Assembly (NCBI GenBank): GCA_963769985.1
Contig: CAVYNR010000005.1
Coordinates: 313,133-377,132 of the forward strand
Reading direction: 5' to 3'
Source of the DNA: an uncultured Actinomycetes bacterium
GTDB taxonomy: Bacteria > Actinomycetota > Acidimicrobiia > Acidimicrobiales > JACCXE01
DNA: 64,000 bases
Under the pieces are notes generated by a model. It was not told the origin of the DNA. It made no database searches and saw only the letters and a list, made by a program, of their open reading frames with translations. Both the position numbers and the translations under genes were made by a program. Positions within the stretch are counted from its first letter, which is position 1; each line of letters starts with the position of its first letter. Positions 45,803 to 54,037 of the stretch are shown here, in pieces.

Positions 45803-46638
45803 TGGCGTTCGACCCGTCAGTCATCGTGCTCGACGAGGTCGGACCCCCGACTCCGTACATGTGGTCGATGAACAAACGCCTCCGCTGGTCGGGACCGTTT
45901 CGCGGCACGGTTCGCCAACTGGATGCACCCGATGCGGCGAACGTGCCGTTCAGGACTGACCTGGCGTCGGTGCCGCGCAGCTTTACCTGGCTGTTCCCCC
46001 GTTACGGGCGTTACACGAAGGCCGCCGTCGTGCACGACTTCCTGTGCCAGAACTTCAACGGCACCGTTCTCGCCGCGCCCAACACGCCGTCGGTCGCCCT
46101 GGCCGACCGATCGGATGCCGACGAGATCTTCCTGGTGCTGATGAAGGAGTTGGAGGTGCCGTGGCTTCGCCGCCATCTCATGTGGGGCGCGGTGAGTTGG
46201 GCGACCATGATCACCGCTCTCGTACCGGGGATCACGAAGCACCGTCTCTCCGGATGGATCGGCCGCCTGATTGTCCTGACGACGTTGATTGGCAGTGTGA
46301 TCGCGCTCGTCGTCGATCGCGATGCGATATCGATTGCGGCGGTCGCGGTTGCCCTGCCACTCTCGATCCTCATCGGCGGCGTCGTCGCGCTCCGCCGAGC
46401 GGATCGGCTCTTGCCGTACCTGTTCGCCTTCGTTCTTACGATCGTCCTGTCGCCACTACTGGCAATCGGGATCGTGCTCGGCATTGCGTTGTACGGGTAC
46501 TTGCTCGTCGAAGATCTCCTGTCTGGGCTGCCCGCTATCCGCAAGTTCTTGCGTGACCTGTTCTCGGAACAAGCGAAAATCGAAAAGCTCGGCACGCCGC
46601 AATTCGCGCGGCTCGCCGCGGTGATGCAGGGCTCGTAG
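45802..46638 (+). CDS. DUF1353-like N-terminal domain fused to a multi-pass membrane region
   Basis: ...FRTDLASVPRSFTWLFPRYGRYTKAAVVHDFLC...RSDADEIFLVLMKELEVPWLRRHLMWGAVS..., followed by about four hydrophobic helices. The GTG overlaps the TldE stop. Confidence 0.6.
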   Translation: MAFDPSVIVLDEVGPPTPYMWSMNKRLRWSGPFRGTVRQLDAPDAANVPFRTDLASVPRSFTWLFPRYGRYTKAAVVHDFLCQNFNGTVLAAPNTPSVALADRSDADEIFLVLMKELEVPWLRRHLMWGAVSWATMITALVPGITKHRLSGWIGRLIVLTTLIGSVIALVVDRDAISIAAVAVALPLSILIGGVVALRRADRLLPYLFAFVLTIVLSPLLAIGIVLGIALYGYLLVEDLLSGLPAIRKFLRDLFSEQAKIEKLGTPQFARLAAVMQGS

Positions 46639-46679
46639 CAGGGTCGCAAAAGTCCCCGAGTACGATGCGTCCGCTTCAG

Positions 46680-46754
46680 GGCGGCGTGGCCGAGTGGTTT
46701 AGGCAGGGGCCTGCAAAGCCCCGTACACCGGTTCGATTCCGGTCGCCGCCTCCA
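46680..46754 (+). tRNA. tRNA-Cys (anticodon GCA), CCA encoded
   Basis: Acceptor GGCGGCG/CGCCGCC, anticodon stem GGGGC/GCCCC with loop CTGCAAA, T-arm ACCGG-TTCGATT-CCGGT. Confidence 0.92.
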
Positions 46755-46774
46755 ATCCAATTCCAATCCAGTCA

Positions 46775-47899
46775 TCAGTCCGGTTCAGGTGTTGGTGTTG
46801 GAATGTTCGGCTCGAACGACGCGTAGACCGGCGTGGAGCTGGTGATCGTGACGTTGCACGGTCCTGTCCCTGAACAGCCGCCGCCCGACCAGCCGGCGAA
46901 TATCGACCCGGGGTTGGGCACGGCGGTGAGAGTCACCACGGTGCCGTAGTTGAACATCGCGCTGCACGTCGTACCGCAGCTGATCCCCGCGGGACTCGAC
47001 GTGACGGTGCCGGTGCCCCCGCTCGTGGAGCCCTTCGTGACCGTCAGCGTGTACTGGTTGAGGGTGAACGCGGCGTTGACCGTGGCGGCCGCCGACATCG
47101 TGACCGTGCACGAACCCGTTCCCGAGCAGGCGCCGGACCATCCGGCGAAGTTCGATCCCGATGCCGCGCTCGCGCTGAGCGAGACGACCGTGGTCGGCGG
47201 GAACGACGCGGTGCACGTCGTTCCACAGCTGATGCCGGCGGGCGTCGACGTGACCAACCCTGACCCCGATCCGGACTTCGTCACCGTCAGGGTGTTGGAG
47301 GTAAGTGTGAACGTCGCCGTCACCGACCGCGCCGCGCTCATCGTCACGTTGCATGCGCCGGTGCCGCTGCACGCACCCGACCAGCCGGCGAACGTAGATC
47401 CGGACGCTGGCGTCGCGGTCAAAGCCACCGGGGTCGAAGCCACGAAGGACGCGCTGCACGTCGTGCCGCAGCTGATGCCGGCTGGCGTCGACATGACCGA
47501 GCCGGAGCCGCTCCCCGTCCGAGTCACGGTTAACGGATAGCTAAGGATCGTCACGGTTACGAGTGGGCTACGCGTCTCAAGGACGGTTCCCTTGTACGCG
47601 ATCGCCTGCACGACGTGTGTCGTCGGGCTGGCCGAGAACGACAAGCTGCGCGAATACGTGCCGTTCAGCGCCGTCGCGGTCGATCCGGCTGGGTTGCCAT
47701 CGATCTCGAGTCGGATTGTCTGCAAAGGAACGCCAATCGACCCGGCGATCGATAGCTTGCCGCTAAACGTGTACGGCGTCGCGGGCGCGACGGTTGCCGG
47801 GCCGGTCAGCGTGACGGCGAACGGTGGGGTTGCTTCAGCTGGCTTTGTCCCGGCCGCAAAAAATGCCATGACCACGACTGCGAGCGCGAGTCGGCGCAT
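46775..47899 (-). CDS. Secreted Cys-rich protein with an Ig-like N-domain and three tandem divergent InlB B-repeat-type modules
   Basis: Signal peptide MRRLALAVVVMAFFAAGTKPAEA. Three repeats of ...TLTVT..GSG.G.V.S.PAGISCGTTC.A.F......L.A....GS.FAGWSG.CSGTG.C.VT......V.A.F... Confidence 0.8.
   Translation of the reverse strand: MRRLALAVVVMAFFAAGTKPAEATPPFAVTLTGPATVAPATPYTFSGKLSIAGSIGVPLQTIRLEIDGNPAGSTATALNGTYSRSLSFSASPTTHVVQAIAYKGTVLETRSPLVTVTILSYPLTVTRTGSGSGSVMSTPAGISCGTTCSASFVASTPVALTATPASGSTFAGWSGACSGTGACNVTMSAARSVTATFTLTSNTLTVTKSGSGSGLVTSTPAGISCGTTCTASFPPTTVVSLSASAASGSNFAGWSGACSGTGSCTVTMSAAATVNAAFTLNQYTLTVTKGSTSGGTGTVTSSPAGISCGTTCSAMFNYGTVVTLTAVPNPGSIFAGWSGGGCSGTGPCNVTITSSTPVYASFEPNIPTPTPEPD
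46811..47539 (-). repeat. Three tandem ~78-81-codon coding repeats (InlB B-repeat-like), each with 4 Cys
   Basis: Protein residues 121-199, 203-280 and 283-363 align by eye. Confidence 0.8.
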
Positions 47900-47988
47900 G
47901 TGACACCCCTTAGATCGCGTGATGCGATCGTTGCACTGTACTGGTGCGAGGTCACGCGCGTACGGTGCGCTCACGCCGACGACTTCAG

Positions 47989-48061
47989 AACGGCGTGGCC
48001 GAGTGGTTTAAGCAGGGGCATGCAAAGCCCCGTACACCGGTTCGATTCGGTCGCCGCTCCA
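47989..48061 (+). tRNA. Degenerate second copy of tRNA-Cys(GCA); probable pseudo-tRNA unless the differences are sequencing indels
   Basis: Aligns with 46674-46760, including about 6-25 nt of 5' flank. It has GG>AA in the acceptor 5' strand, a D-stem mismatch (GGC>AGC), C32>A, a 1-nt deletion in the T-stem and a 1-nt deletion in the acceptor 3' strand. Confidence 0.55.
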
Positions 48062-48159
48062 ACGTGACGTTTGCAAGGTCTCTCGTGTCCGCTAACTCTT
48101 GCAACTTCACACCAGCCGCCGAACTGGACCACGAGATCCGGCCGCCGCCACGTTCGGGT

Positions 48160-48501
48160 TCAGGTGCGAAAGTCGACGACTTGTTCTGGCGGCGGGAAGC
48201 CATCCTCGACGTTCATGCCATGAACCTCGCGGACATGGTCGCGGAACCAGACATCGAACGGCTCGGTCGACGTCGCCATGCCCTTCAGCGCGGCCTCCAC
48301 GTCATCGGCCTCCATGTAGACGACGGCAAAGTCTCCGGCCGGCGTGGACTGGATGTAGATCGCCTCGCGCGTGATTCCGAGGTCGCGGCGCGACCGTTCG
48401 TAGGCCTCCTGCCTCTCACCGCGCCAGCAAGAAACCATCGCGGAACGATCGGTCTCGGTCTTGCCTGGTACGAGCGGTGCGATGAAACCGATTGTTTGCA
48501 T
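48160..48501 (-). CDS. Small hypothetical protein (113 aa)
   Basis: MQTIGFIAPLVPGKTETDR... with a strong GGAGGACACC RBS. Lies immediately downstream of the LAL regulator. Confidence 0.6.
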   Translation of the reverse strand: MQTIGFIAPLVPGKTETDRSAMVSCWRGERQEAYERSRRDLGITREAIYIQSTPAGDFAVVYMEADDVEAALKGMATSTEPFDVWFRDHVREVHGMNVEDGFPPPEQVVDFRT

Positions 48502-48547
48502 GGTGTCCTCCGTGGGTTCGTTGGGGTTGGAGAACACGGTGGCGGGA

Positions 48548-51400
48548 TTATCCGCGCGAAACATCGCTCGTATGCGTGATTCCGTCCTTGGCGAACTTGG
48601 CTGCAAGTTCCGCGCGCGTCGTGACCGCCAGCTTCTGGAACACATGCCGAAGATGCGTGTTCACAGTGTGCGGGGAAATGTGCAGCCGCCCGGCGGCGTC
48701 GCGGTTGGTGAGGCCCTCGGCGACGAGTTTGGCCACGGAGGTCTCGCTCTTTGTGAGACTGCCCCAACCAGTCGCGTCACGTCGCCGCTGCCCGCGAACC
48801 CCTTGGCGGAGGCCGAGTCTGCGCAGCGCGGCGTTGACTCGAGCGACGCATGCGTCCGCCTCGGCTCCGTCGTACAGCGCGTGTGCCGTAAGGAGGAACG
48901 CCTTCGCGTCGTCGTCGCGCCCGACGCCGGCGAGCACCGATGCGGCGTCTTCGCACGACCCGGCGTGGTCGAGGAACCGTCCGCCCTGCTCGGCGAACTC
49001 GACGGCATCGATCAAGGGTCGCGGCTGACGGTCGAGCAGCCCGCGACAGCGCAGCGCAGCACTCTGTACCGTCGGCACCTCGGGTGCGAGCGCGGCGGCG
49101 GCTTCCACCGCGAGTACGACTTGGGCGCCGGCGTCGCGGTTGTCGAGAAGAACCGCGAGCCTCACCAGCGCTGGGCCGAGGTACCGGTGGTAGTAGCGGA
49201 TGTCGCGCGCTTGGTCGTACTGCCAGAAGCGCCACAGCAGATCGAAGGCCGCGCGTGGATCTCCTTCAGCTTCAGTCGCGGCGGCGGCGGCGAAGGCCAC
49301 CAACTCCGACCCGTAGACCGGCGTTGTGCTCGTGAGTTCGCCAGCCACCTCGTGCAGCGCTGCTCGGGCTCCCGCGAAATCACCGCGCCCAGTGGCTATC
49401 AGGGCTTGATATGCACGAGTCTGCGCAATCGAGATTTGCTGTCCGTGTTGTCTGCCGAGGGTCAAACCGGCTTCGAACTCGGCGGCCGCGTCGTCCCATT
49501 CCCCCGCCACGAAACGAGCTTCCGCCGCGAGATGCAGCATGTCGGGAAGCAGCCAAGCGGCTCCGAGTTGTTCGGATTCTTCGATGGCGCGCGCATACGT
49601 CGCCAGCGCCTCGTCGCCGCGGTCCGAATCGGCGAGCGCCATCGCGAGAAAGAAGTGGGGGAAGCGGAGCCGGGCGGCGCTGTCGGGTGGCTCAAAGGCT
49701 CTCGACACGGCGTCCTCAGCCAACGCCAGCGCCTCGGCGTAGCGGCCCTGCGTTCTCGTGGCGAGCGACAACGCGCAGCGGCTCCACACCGCCATTCCGG
49801 CGTCGGCGGCGCGGTCAGCAAGGTCGCGAGCGCGCCGGGCGGTCGCCTCCCCACCCACGAAGTCGCCGGAAAACGATTGGCCGTAGCTGGCCTGCGTCAG
49901 GACCAGCGCTTCTTGTGCGGGGTCGAGCGAGCCCAGCTCCAATGTGGCGAACGCTCGGTCGATCAGTTCTTGAGTGCGGTTGAGCAGGGACAACGCCGAG
50001 ACAAGGGTCAGTCGGAGCGCGACGTCGACTTCGGGAAGGTGTGGTCGATCCAGGACGGACGCTGCCAGATACGCGGCGTCCGCTACTCGACCCGCCTGCT
50101 GCATCGCGTCCGCAAGTTCAGCCGCGATCAGGTCGGTGTCCGCGTGACCCGCCGGAAGCAATTCTCTTGCGTAGCTCAACAGATCGACCGCGACCGCGGG
50201 CGCACCGGTCGACGCCTCGGCGGCACCGCGGCGAAGCAATTCGACTGCCTCGAGGTCGCCGCGATCGGCGCCCGCGACCAAATGTGTCGCAACCTGCGCG
50301 AGATCTGCGCCGGCGCGCGCCAACGAACGGGCGACGTCGCGGTGGAAGGCGCGGCGAGCCGGTACTGGCATGTCTTCGTAGATCGACTGCTGCACCAGCT
50401 GGTGACGGAAGACGACCGCTTCGGCGCGGTGGTCGAGCAGCTGCGCCCGAAACGCCTCCTCCAGGTCGGCGAGCACGTCCCGCGGTTGTCGCCCGGTCAC
50501 AACAGCGATGTCTTGGATCGACACCGCGTCGCCGAGCACCGCGGCGAGCCGCAACACGTCGAGCGCCGGGCGCGGCAGATAGCCGAGACGACGGACAACC
50601 AGTTCGCGGAACGATCCGGGTAACTCGTCAGCGGCCGCTTCGACGACGTCGTCGTCATGTCGGAGCCAGCCTTCGCTTGACAGTGAGCGCAGGATCTCGA
50701 TGGCCCACAGCGGGTTTCCGGCGGCCTTTTCCACGATCGCCGCGAGCGCCGGCCCAGGGTGGCCGCCAACCTCGGCGCGCACGAGTTCGGTGACTTCTTC
50801 GGCCGTCAGGGCGCGCAGGTGCACCAGACGCGCGCTCGCCGCCAGACAGTCGTCGAGAAGCACGTCGAGTTCCTCAGATCGCGGCGCCGGCCGCAGAGTG
50901 CAGACGAGCAGGACCGGGGCGTGCTGGAGGCGGTGCACCATTGCTCCTATCGCCATGACCGACGACGCGTCGGCCCAGTGCAGATCTTCGAGCACGACGA
51001 GAAGGGGAGCGTCTCTACTCAGTGTCTCGGCCAGGTCGACGACTGCCTCGATGATGCGGTGGCGCGCGTCCTGCGAGCCCGGTTGCGCTTCAGCTCCGGA
51101 GAGGAGTCGGCCCATGGCGGCGCGGCGTTGATCGGACGCATGCGGGCGTAGTTCGAGGGCATCGGCGATGAGCCCGAACGGCCGGTTGCGATCGAACGGA
51201 TGTGCCCCGCCCGGGATTGCATGCACACCCTCCTCCGCCGCACTGCGCATGAGCGCGCGCACCAACTCGCTCTTTCCGATCCCGGCTTCCCCCTCGACGA
51301 ACAGCGTCCCCGACGATCCTCGGATGACGCCGTCCAGCATCTGGCGGATCAGTTTCAACTCCATGTCGCGACCAACGAGGCCGCCCAACGGCGATGGCAC
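48548..51400 (-). CDS. LAL-type regulator: N-terminal AAA+/NTPase (AAA_16-like), TPR-like middle region, C-terminal LuxR HTH
   Basis: Walker A LFVEGEAGIGKSEL, Walker B LLVVLEDLHWAD, and C-terminal LTKSETSVAKLVAEGLTNRDAAGRLHISPHTVNTHLRHVFQKL. Confidence 0.9.
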   Translation of the reverse strand: MPSPLGGLVGRDMELKLIRQMLDGVIRGSSGTLFVEGEAGIGKSELVRALMRSAAEEGVHAIPGGAHPFDRNRPFGLIADALELRPHASDQRRAAMGRLLSGAEAQPGSQDARHRIIEAVVDLAETLSRDAPLLVVLEDLHWADASSVMAIGAMVHRLQHAPVLLVCTLRPAPRSEELDVLLDDCLAASARLVHLRALTAEEVTELVRAEVGGHPGPALAAIVEKAAGNPLWAIEILRSLSSEGWLRHDDDVVEAAADELPGSFRELVVRRLGYLPRPALDVLRLAAVLGDAVSIQDIAVVTGRQPRDVLADLEEAFRAQLLDHRAEAVVFRHQLVQQSIYEDMPVPARRAFHRDVARSLARAGADLAQVATHLVAGADRGDLEAVELLRRGAAEASTGAPAVAVDLLSYARELLPAGHADTDLIAAELADAMQQAGRVADAAYLAASVLDRPHLPEVDVALRLTLVSALSLLNRTQELIDRAFATLELGSLDPAQEALVLTQASYGQSFSGDFVGGEATARRARDLADRAADAGMAVWSRCALSLATRTQGRYAEALALAEDAVSRAFEPPDSAARLRFPHFFLAMALADSDRGDEALATYARAIEESEQLGAAWLLPDMLHLAAEARFVAGEWDDAAAEFEAGLTLGRQHGQQISIAQTRAYQALIATGRGDFAGARAALHEVAGELTSTTPVYGSELVAFAAAAATEAEGDPRAAFDLLWRFWQYDQARDIRYYHRYLGPALVRLAVLLDNRDAGAQVVLAVEAAAALAPEVPTVQSAALRCRGLLDRQPRPLIDAVEFAEQGGRFLDHAGSCEDAASVLAGVGRDDDAKAFLLTAHALYDGAEADACVARVNAALRRLGLRQGVRGQRRRDATGWGSLTKSETSVAKLVAEGLTNRDAAGRLHISPHTVNTHLRHVFQKLAVTTRAELAAKFAKDGITHTSDVSRG

Positions 51401-51541
51401 AGGCCGAAGCTACGTGCTCCATGCCGCGAGACGGTCAGATTGGAGGGTCGCAGTTAGAGGGAGTATCGGGCGCCACGATCGAGACCACGCTGCCCGTCGC
51501 CGACACGTTTCCACGGAGACGAGGTCGGCCGCCGGAGTGCG

Positions 51542-52411
51542 CTAGTTCGTCCACTCTTCGCTGCGTCGCCATAGTTCCGCCGCCAATTCGGGCGTTGCCA
51601 CCCCGCTGGGTTCCTTCGCTTGGCAGTTGTCGTAGTACCTGCCGCTCTCGGCGCCGAGCTCGTCCGCGGTCGCACACCACACCTGCGTCGCGGCGCCCTC
51701 CGTGGTCGACTTCATCACGCGTCCGATCACCGCGTTGACAGGGCCGCGCATGAAGCCGGGGAGACGACGCGACCAAATGTCGGACCCGATCGCCCCCGGG
51801 TGCAACGCGTATGTCGTGACGCCGGTGCCCTCGAGGCGACGGGCGAGCCCTTTTGTGAACAGCACGTTGGCCAACTTGGACACCGCGTACTCCGGCAATG
51901 CCGTGACGTTCTTCGTGGACTTGCGCACGGCCTCCCAGTCGATGCCCTTGGCTTGGTAGTGCGCAATGCTCGACACGTTGACGATGCGCGCCGGAGCGCT
52001 CTGCTGCAGCCGGTCAAGCAGGAGCGCGGTGAGCAAGAAGTGCCCGAGATGGTTGACGCCGAAGGTCAGCTCGAACCCGTCGGCCGTGATGCCGGTTTGG
52101 CCTGCGACGCCAGCGTTGTTCATCAGAACGTGCAGATCGTCGCCGGTGGCGAGGAACGCGGCCGCACATGCGCGCACCGAGGCGAAGCTGCTCAAGTCGA
52201 GTGGCAGAAACCGGACGTCTTCGTTGCCGGTCTTTGCGACGATCTCGTCGATGACCGGCCGCGTCTTCTCCTCGGACCGGCACGCGAGATACAAGCGATG
52301 ACCGTCGGCCGCCAACGCCTCAGCTGCCGCCTTGCCGATGCCGGTGTTGGCACCCGTGATGAGCATCGTCTTCGGCACGGTGCTTGTTCTAGTTGGCGTG
52401 GACCGGATCAC
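51542..52411 (-). CDS. SDR family oxidoreductase (retinol dehydrogenase-like)
   Basis: ITGANTGIGKAAA, NNAG, and SSIAHY...YAVSKLANV (YxxxK). Confidence 0.85.
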   Translation of the reverse strand: MIRSTPTRTSTVPKTMLITGANTGIGKAAAEALAADGHRLYLACRSEEKTRPVIDEIVAKTGNEDVRFLPLDLSSFASVRACAAAFLATGDDLHVLMNNAGVAGQTGITADGFELTFGVNHLGHFLLTALLLDRLQQSAPARIVNVSSIAHYQAKGIDWEAVRKSTKNVTALPEYAVSKLANVLFTKGLARRLEGTGVTTYALHPGAIGSDIWSRRLPGFMRGPVNAVIGRVMKSTTEGAATQVWCATADELGAESGRYYDNCQAKEPSGVATPELAAELWRRSEEWTN

Positions 52412-52458
52412 TCGGATTTCTTGTCACGATTGGGTGTGCTGCGGGGTCGTGGGGGCTA

Positions 52459-52926
52459 ATGGATCGCGATTCGGCGGGCGCTGAGCTGGCCGCAACCTAC
52501 GAACGCGTGCGTCGGTTCGCGGCCGTGGTCGGCCCGCCGGATGTCGAACCCGATGATCTGGTGCAGGAGGCGTTCGTGCGTGCGTTGCATCGCGGCCTGG
52601 ACGGTATCGACGATCTAACGGCGTACCTACGACGCGCGGTGCTGAATCTCAGTTCGACGTCGCGTCGTTCGTGGGTGCGGCGTCGTACGGCGCTGACACG
52701 CCTCGGTCCACCCGCGCAGTCCGAGGAGATGTACGTGCCGATGGTGTCGGACCTGTTCCGGCTGCCACCGGAGCTACGCGCCGCGCTCTGGCTGGTCGAG
52801 GTCGAAGGCTGGTCGTACGCCGAGGTCGGGCGGCTTCTCGACTGTTCCGAGGACGCGGCCAGGACGCGGGCGTCACGGGCGCGGCGCCGCCTTCGGTTGG
52901 AACTGACTCAGGAGATGGAGCGATGA
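52459..52926 (+). CDS. ECF-type sigma-70 family RNA polymerase sigma factor
   Basis: Region 2 is DDLVQEAFVRAL. Region 4 is LPPELRAALWLVEVEGWSYAEVGRLLDCSEDAARTRASRARRRLR. Confidence 0.8.
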   Translation: MDRDSAGAELAATYERVRRFAAVVGPPDVEPDDLVQEAFVRALHRGLDGIDDLTAYLRRAVLNLSSTSRRSWVRRRTALTRLGPPAQSEEMYVPMVSDLFRLPPELRAALWLVEVEGWSYAEVGRLLDCSEDAARTRASRARRRLRLELTQEMER

Positions 52927-54014
52927 GCGAGGAACTGAAGATCGCATTCGAACAAATGGCCCAACGCGGCCGTCTCGGCGGCGCGTCGAGCGTTGTTGCG
53001 AGCGCGCTCGTCGACGCGCGGATCGGGCCGTCCCCCGCGCGACGTCGACACGCATTCGCCGCGGCGACCACGCTCGCGGCCACGGTCGCGCTCGTCGTTG
53101 CCGGTGTGGCCGTCGTGCGCTCGCGGGTTCCGGACATCGACCGCGTGAACGTGGGGGCAGCGCTTAGTGATGGCGACGGGCTGGCGAGCACGATGACCGT
53201 GCTCGTGGTCGGCTCTGACAGCCGAACCGGTCTCGACGACCCGATGCGCCGCGCCGACGCAATCATGTTCGTGCGCCTCGATCGGACAACCGGTGCGGTG
53301 TCGGTGCTGTCGATGCCGCGCGATCTCTACGTGCCGATCGCGGGAACGGGATCTTCTGACCGGCTCTCCGCCGCGTCCGTGTCGGGTCCGACCGCGCTGA
53401 TTGAGACGGTGCGAGCGGTAACGGGCATCACCATTGACCATTACCTCGAATTCGACTTCGGCGGGTTCAAGAAGGTCGTCGACGCCATGGGTGGGATAGA
53501 CCTGCAGGTTCCGGCGCGTATGCGCGACGAACTATCGGGGCTCGACTTGCCGGCAGGCTGCAACCACCTCGACGGAACGGCCGCGCTGGCCTACGTCAGG
53601 GCGCGGCACGTGCAGATTCAAGATCCGTCCGATGGGCGGTTCCACGCAGATCCGACCGGCGACATTGGGCGCATCAGTAACCAGCACTTGCTGTTTCTCG
53701 TCGCCCTCGACCAGCTGACGCGCACACGCGACCTCGCTCGCATCGACCGGGTCGCCCACGCGATCGAACACAACGTGCGGGTCGACGACGACTTTTCGCT
53801 ACGTGACGCCGTCGAGTTCGCCAAGAGCTGGGTCAGCGACCGCGGATCACTGCAACTCCTGCTGTATCCGTTCACCAGCGCGACTTTGGACAACGGCGCG
53901 GCCGTACTGAAACCGGACCCCACGGAGGCGCCGAAGATCATCAACACCTTCAACGATCCGCCGGCCGACCAGTTACGCGACCGCGGTGCGCCCCCCGGGG
54001 CTGGTTGCGGCTAG
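52923..54014 (+). CDS. Membrane-anchored LCP (LytR-CpsA-Psr) family protein
   Basis: One TM helix (AFAAATTLAATVALVVAGVAVV), then ...VLVVGSDSR...RADAIMFVRLD...VLSMPRDLYV...IDHYLEFDFGGFKKVVDAMGGI...YVRARH... ATGA overlap with the sigma gene. Confidence 0.85.
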   Translation: MSEELKIAFEQMAQRGRLGGASSVVASALVDARIGPSPARRRHAFAAATTLAATVALVVAGVAVVRSRVPDIDRVNVGAALSDGDGLASTMTVLVVGSDSRTGLDDPMRRADAIMFVRLDRTTGAVSVLSMPRDLYVPIAGTGSSDRLSAASVSGPTALIETVRAVTGITIDHYLEFDFGGFKKVVDAMGGIDLQVPARMRDELSGLDLPAGCNHLDGTAALAYVRARHVQIQDPSDGRFHADPTGDIGRISNQHLLFLVALDQLTRTRDLARIDRVAHAIEHNVRVDDDFSLRDAVEFAKSWVSDRGSLQLLLYPFTSATLDNGAAVLKPDPTEAPKIINTFNDPPADQLRDRGAPPGAGCG

Positions 54015-54037
54015 CTCCGGCCGGTACGCGGAACAGG

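Noticed and set aside
46680-48061. Classical tRNA-integrated genomic island or prophage
   Set aside because: The bracketed segment is only 1.3 kb with one gene and no integrase. The repeat spans the whole tRNA plus 5' flank rather than a 3' att core. It is retained only as a duplication or insertion observation.
48071-48103. Hairpin TTGCAAG-N19-CTTGCAA after the degenerate tRNA-Cys as a terminator
   Set aside because: The stem is only 7 bp with a large loop and no U-tract, which could arise by chance.
52395-52458. ECF-type promoter (GGAAC-N16-17-CGT) upstream of the sigma gene
   Set aside because: Only a loose GGACC...GTCACG arrangement is present, which is too weak to call.
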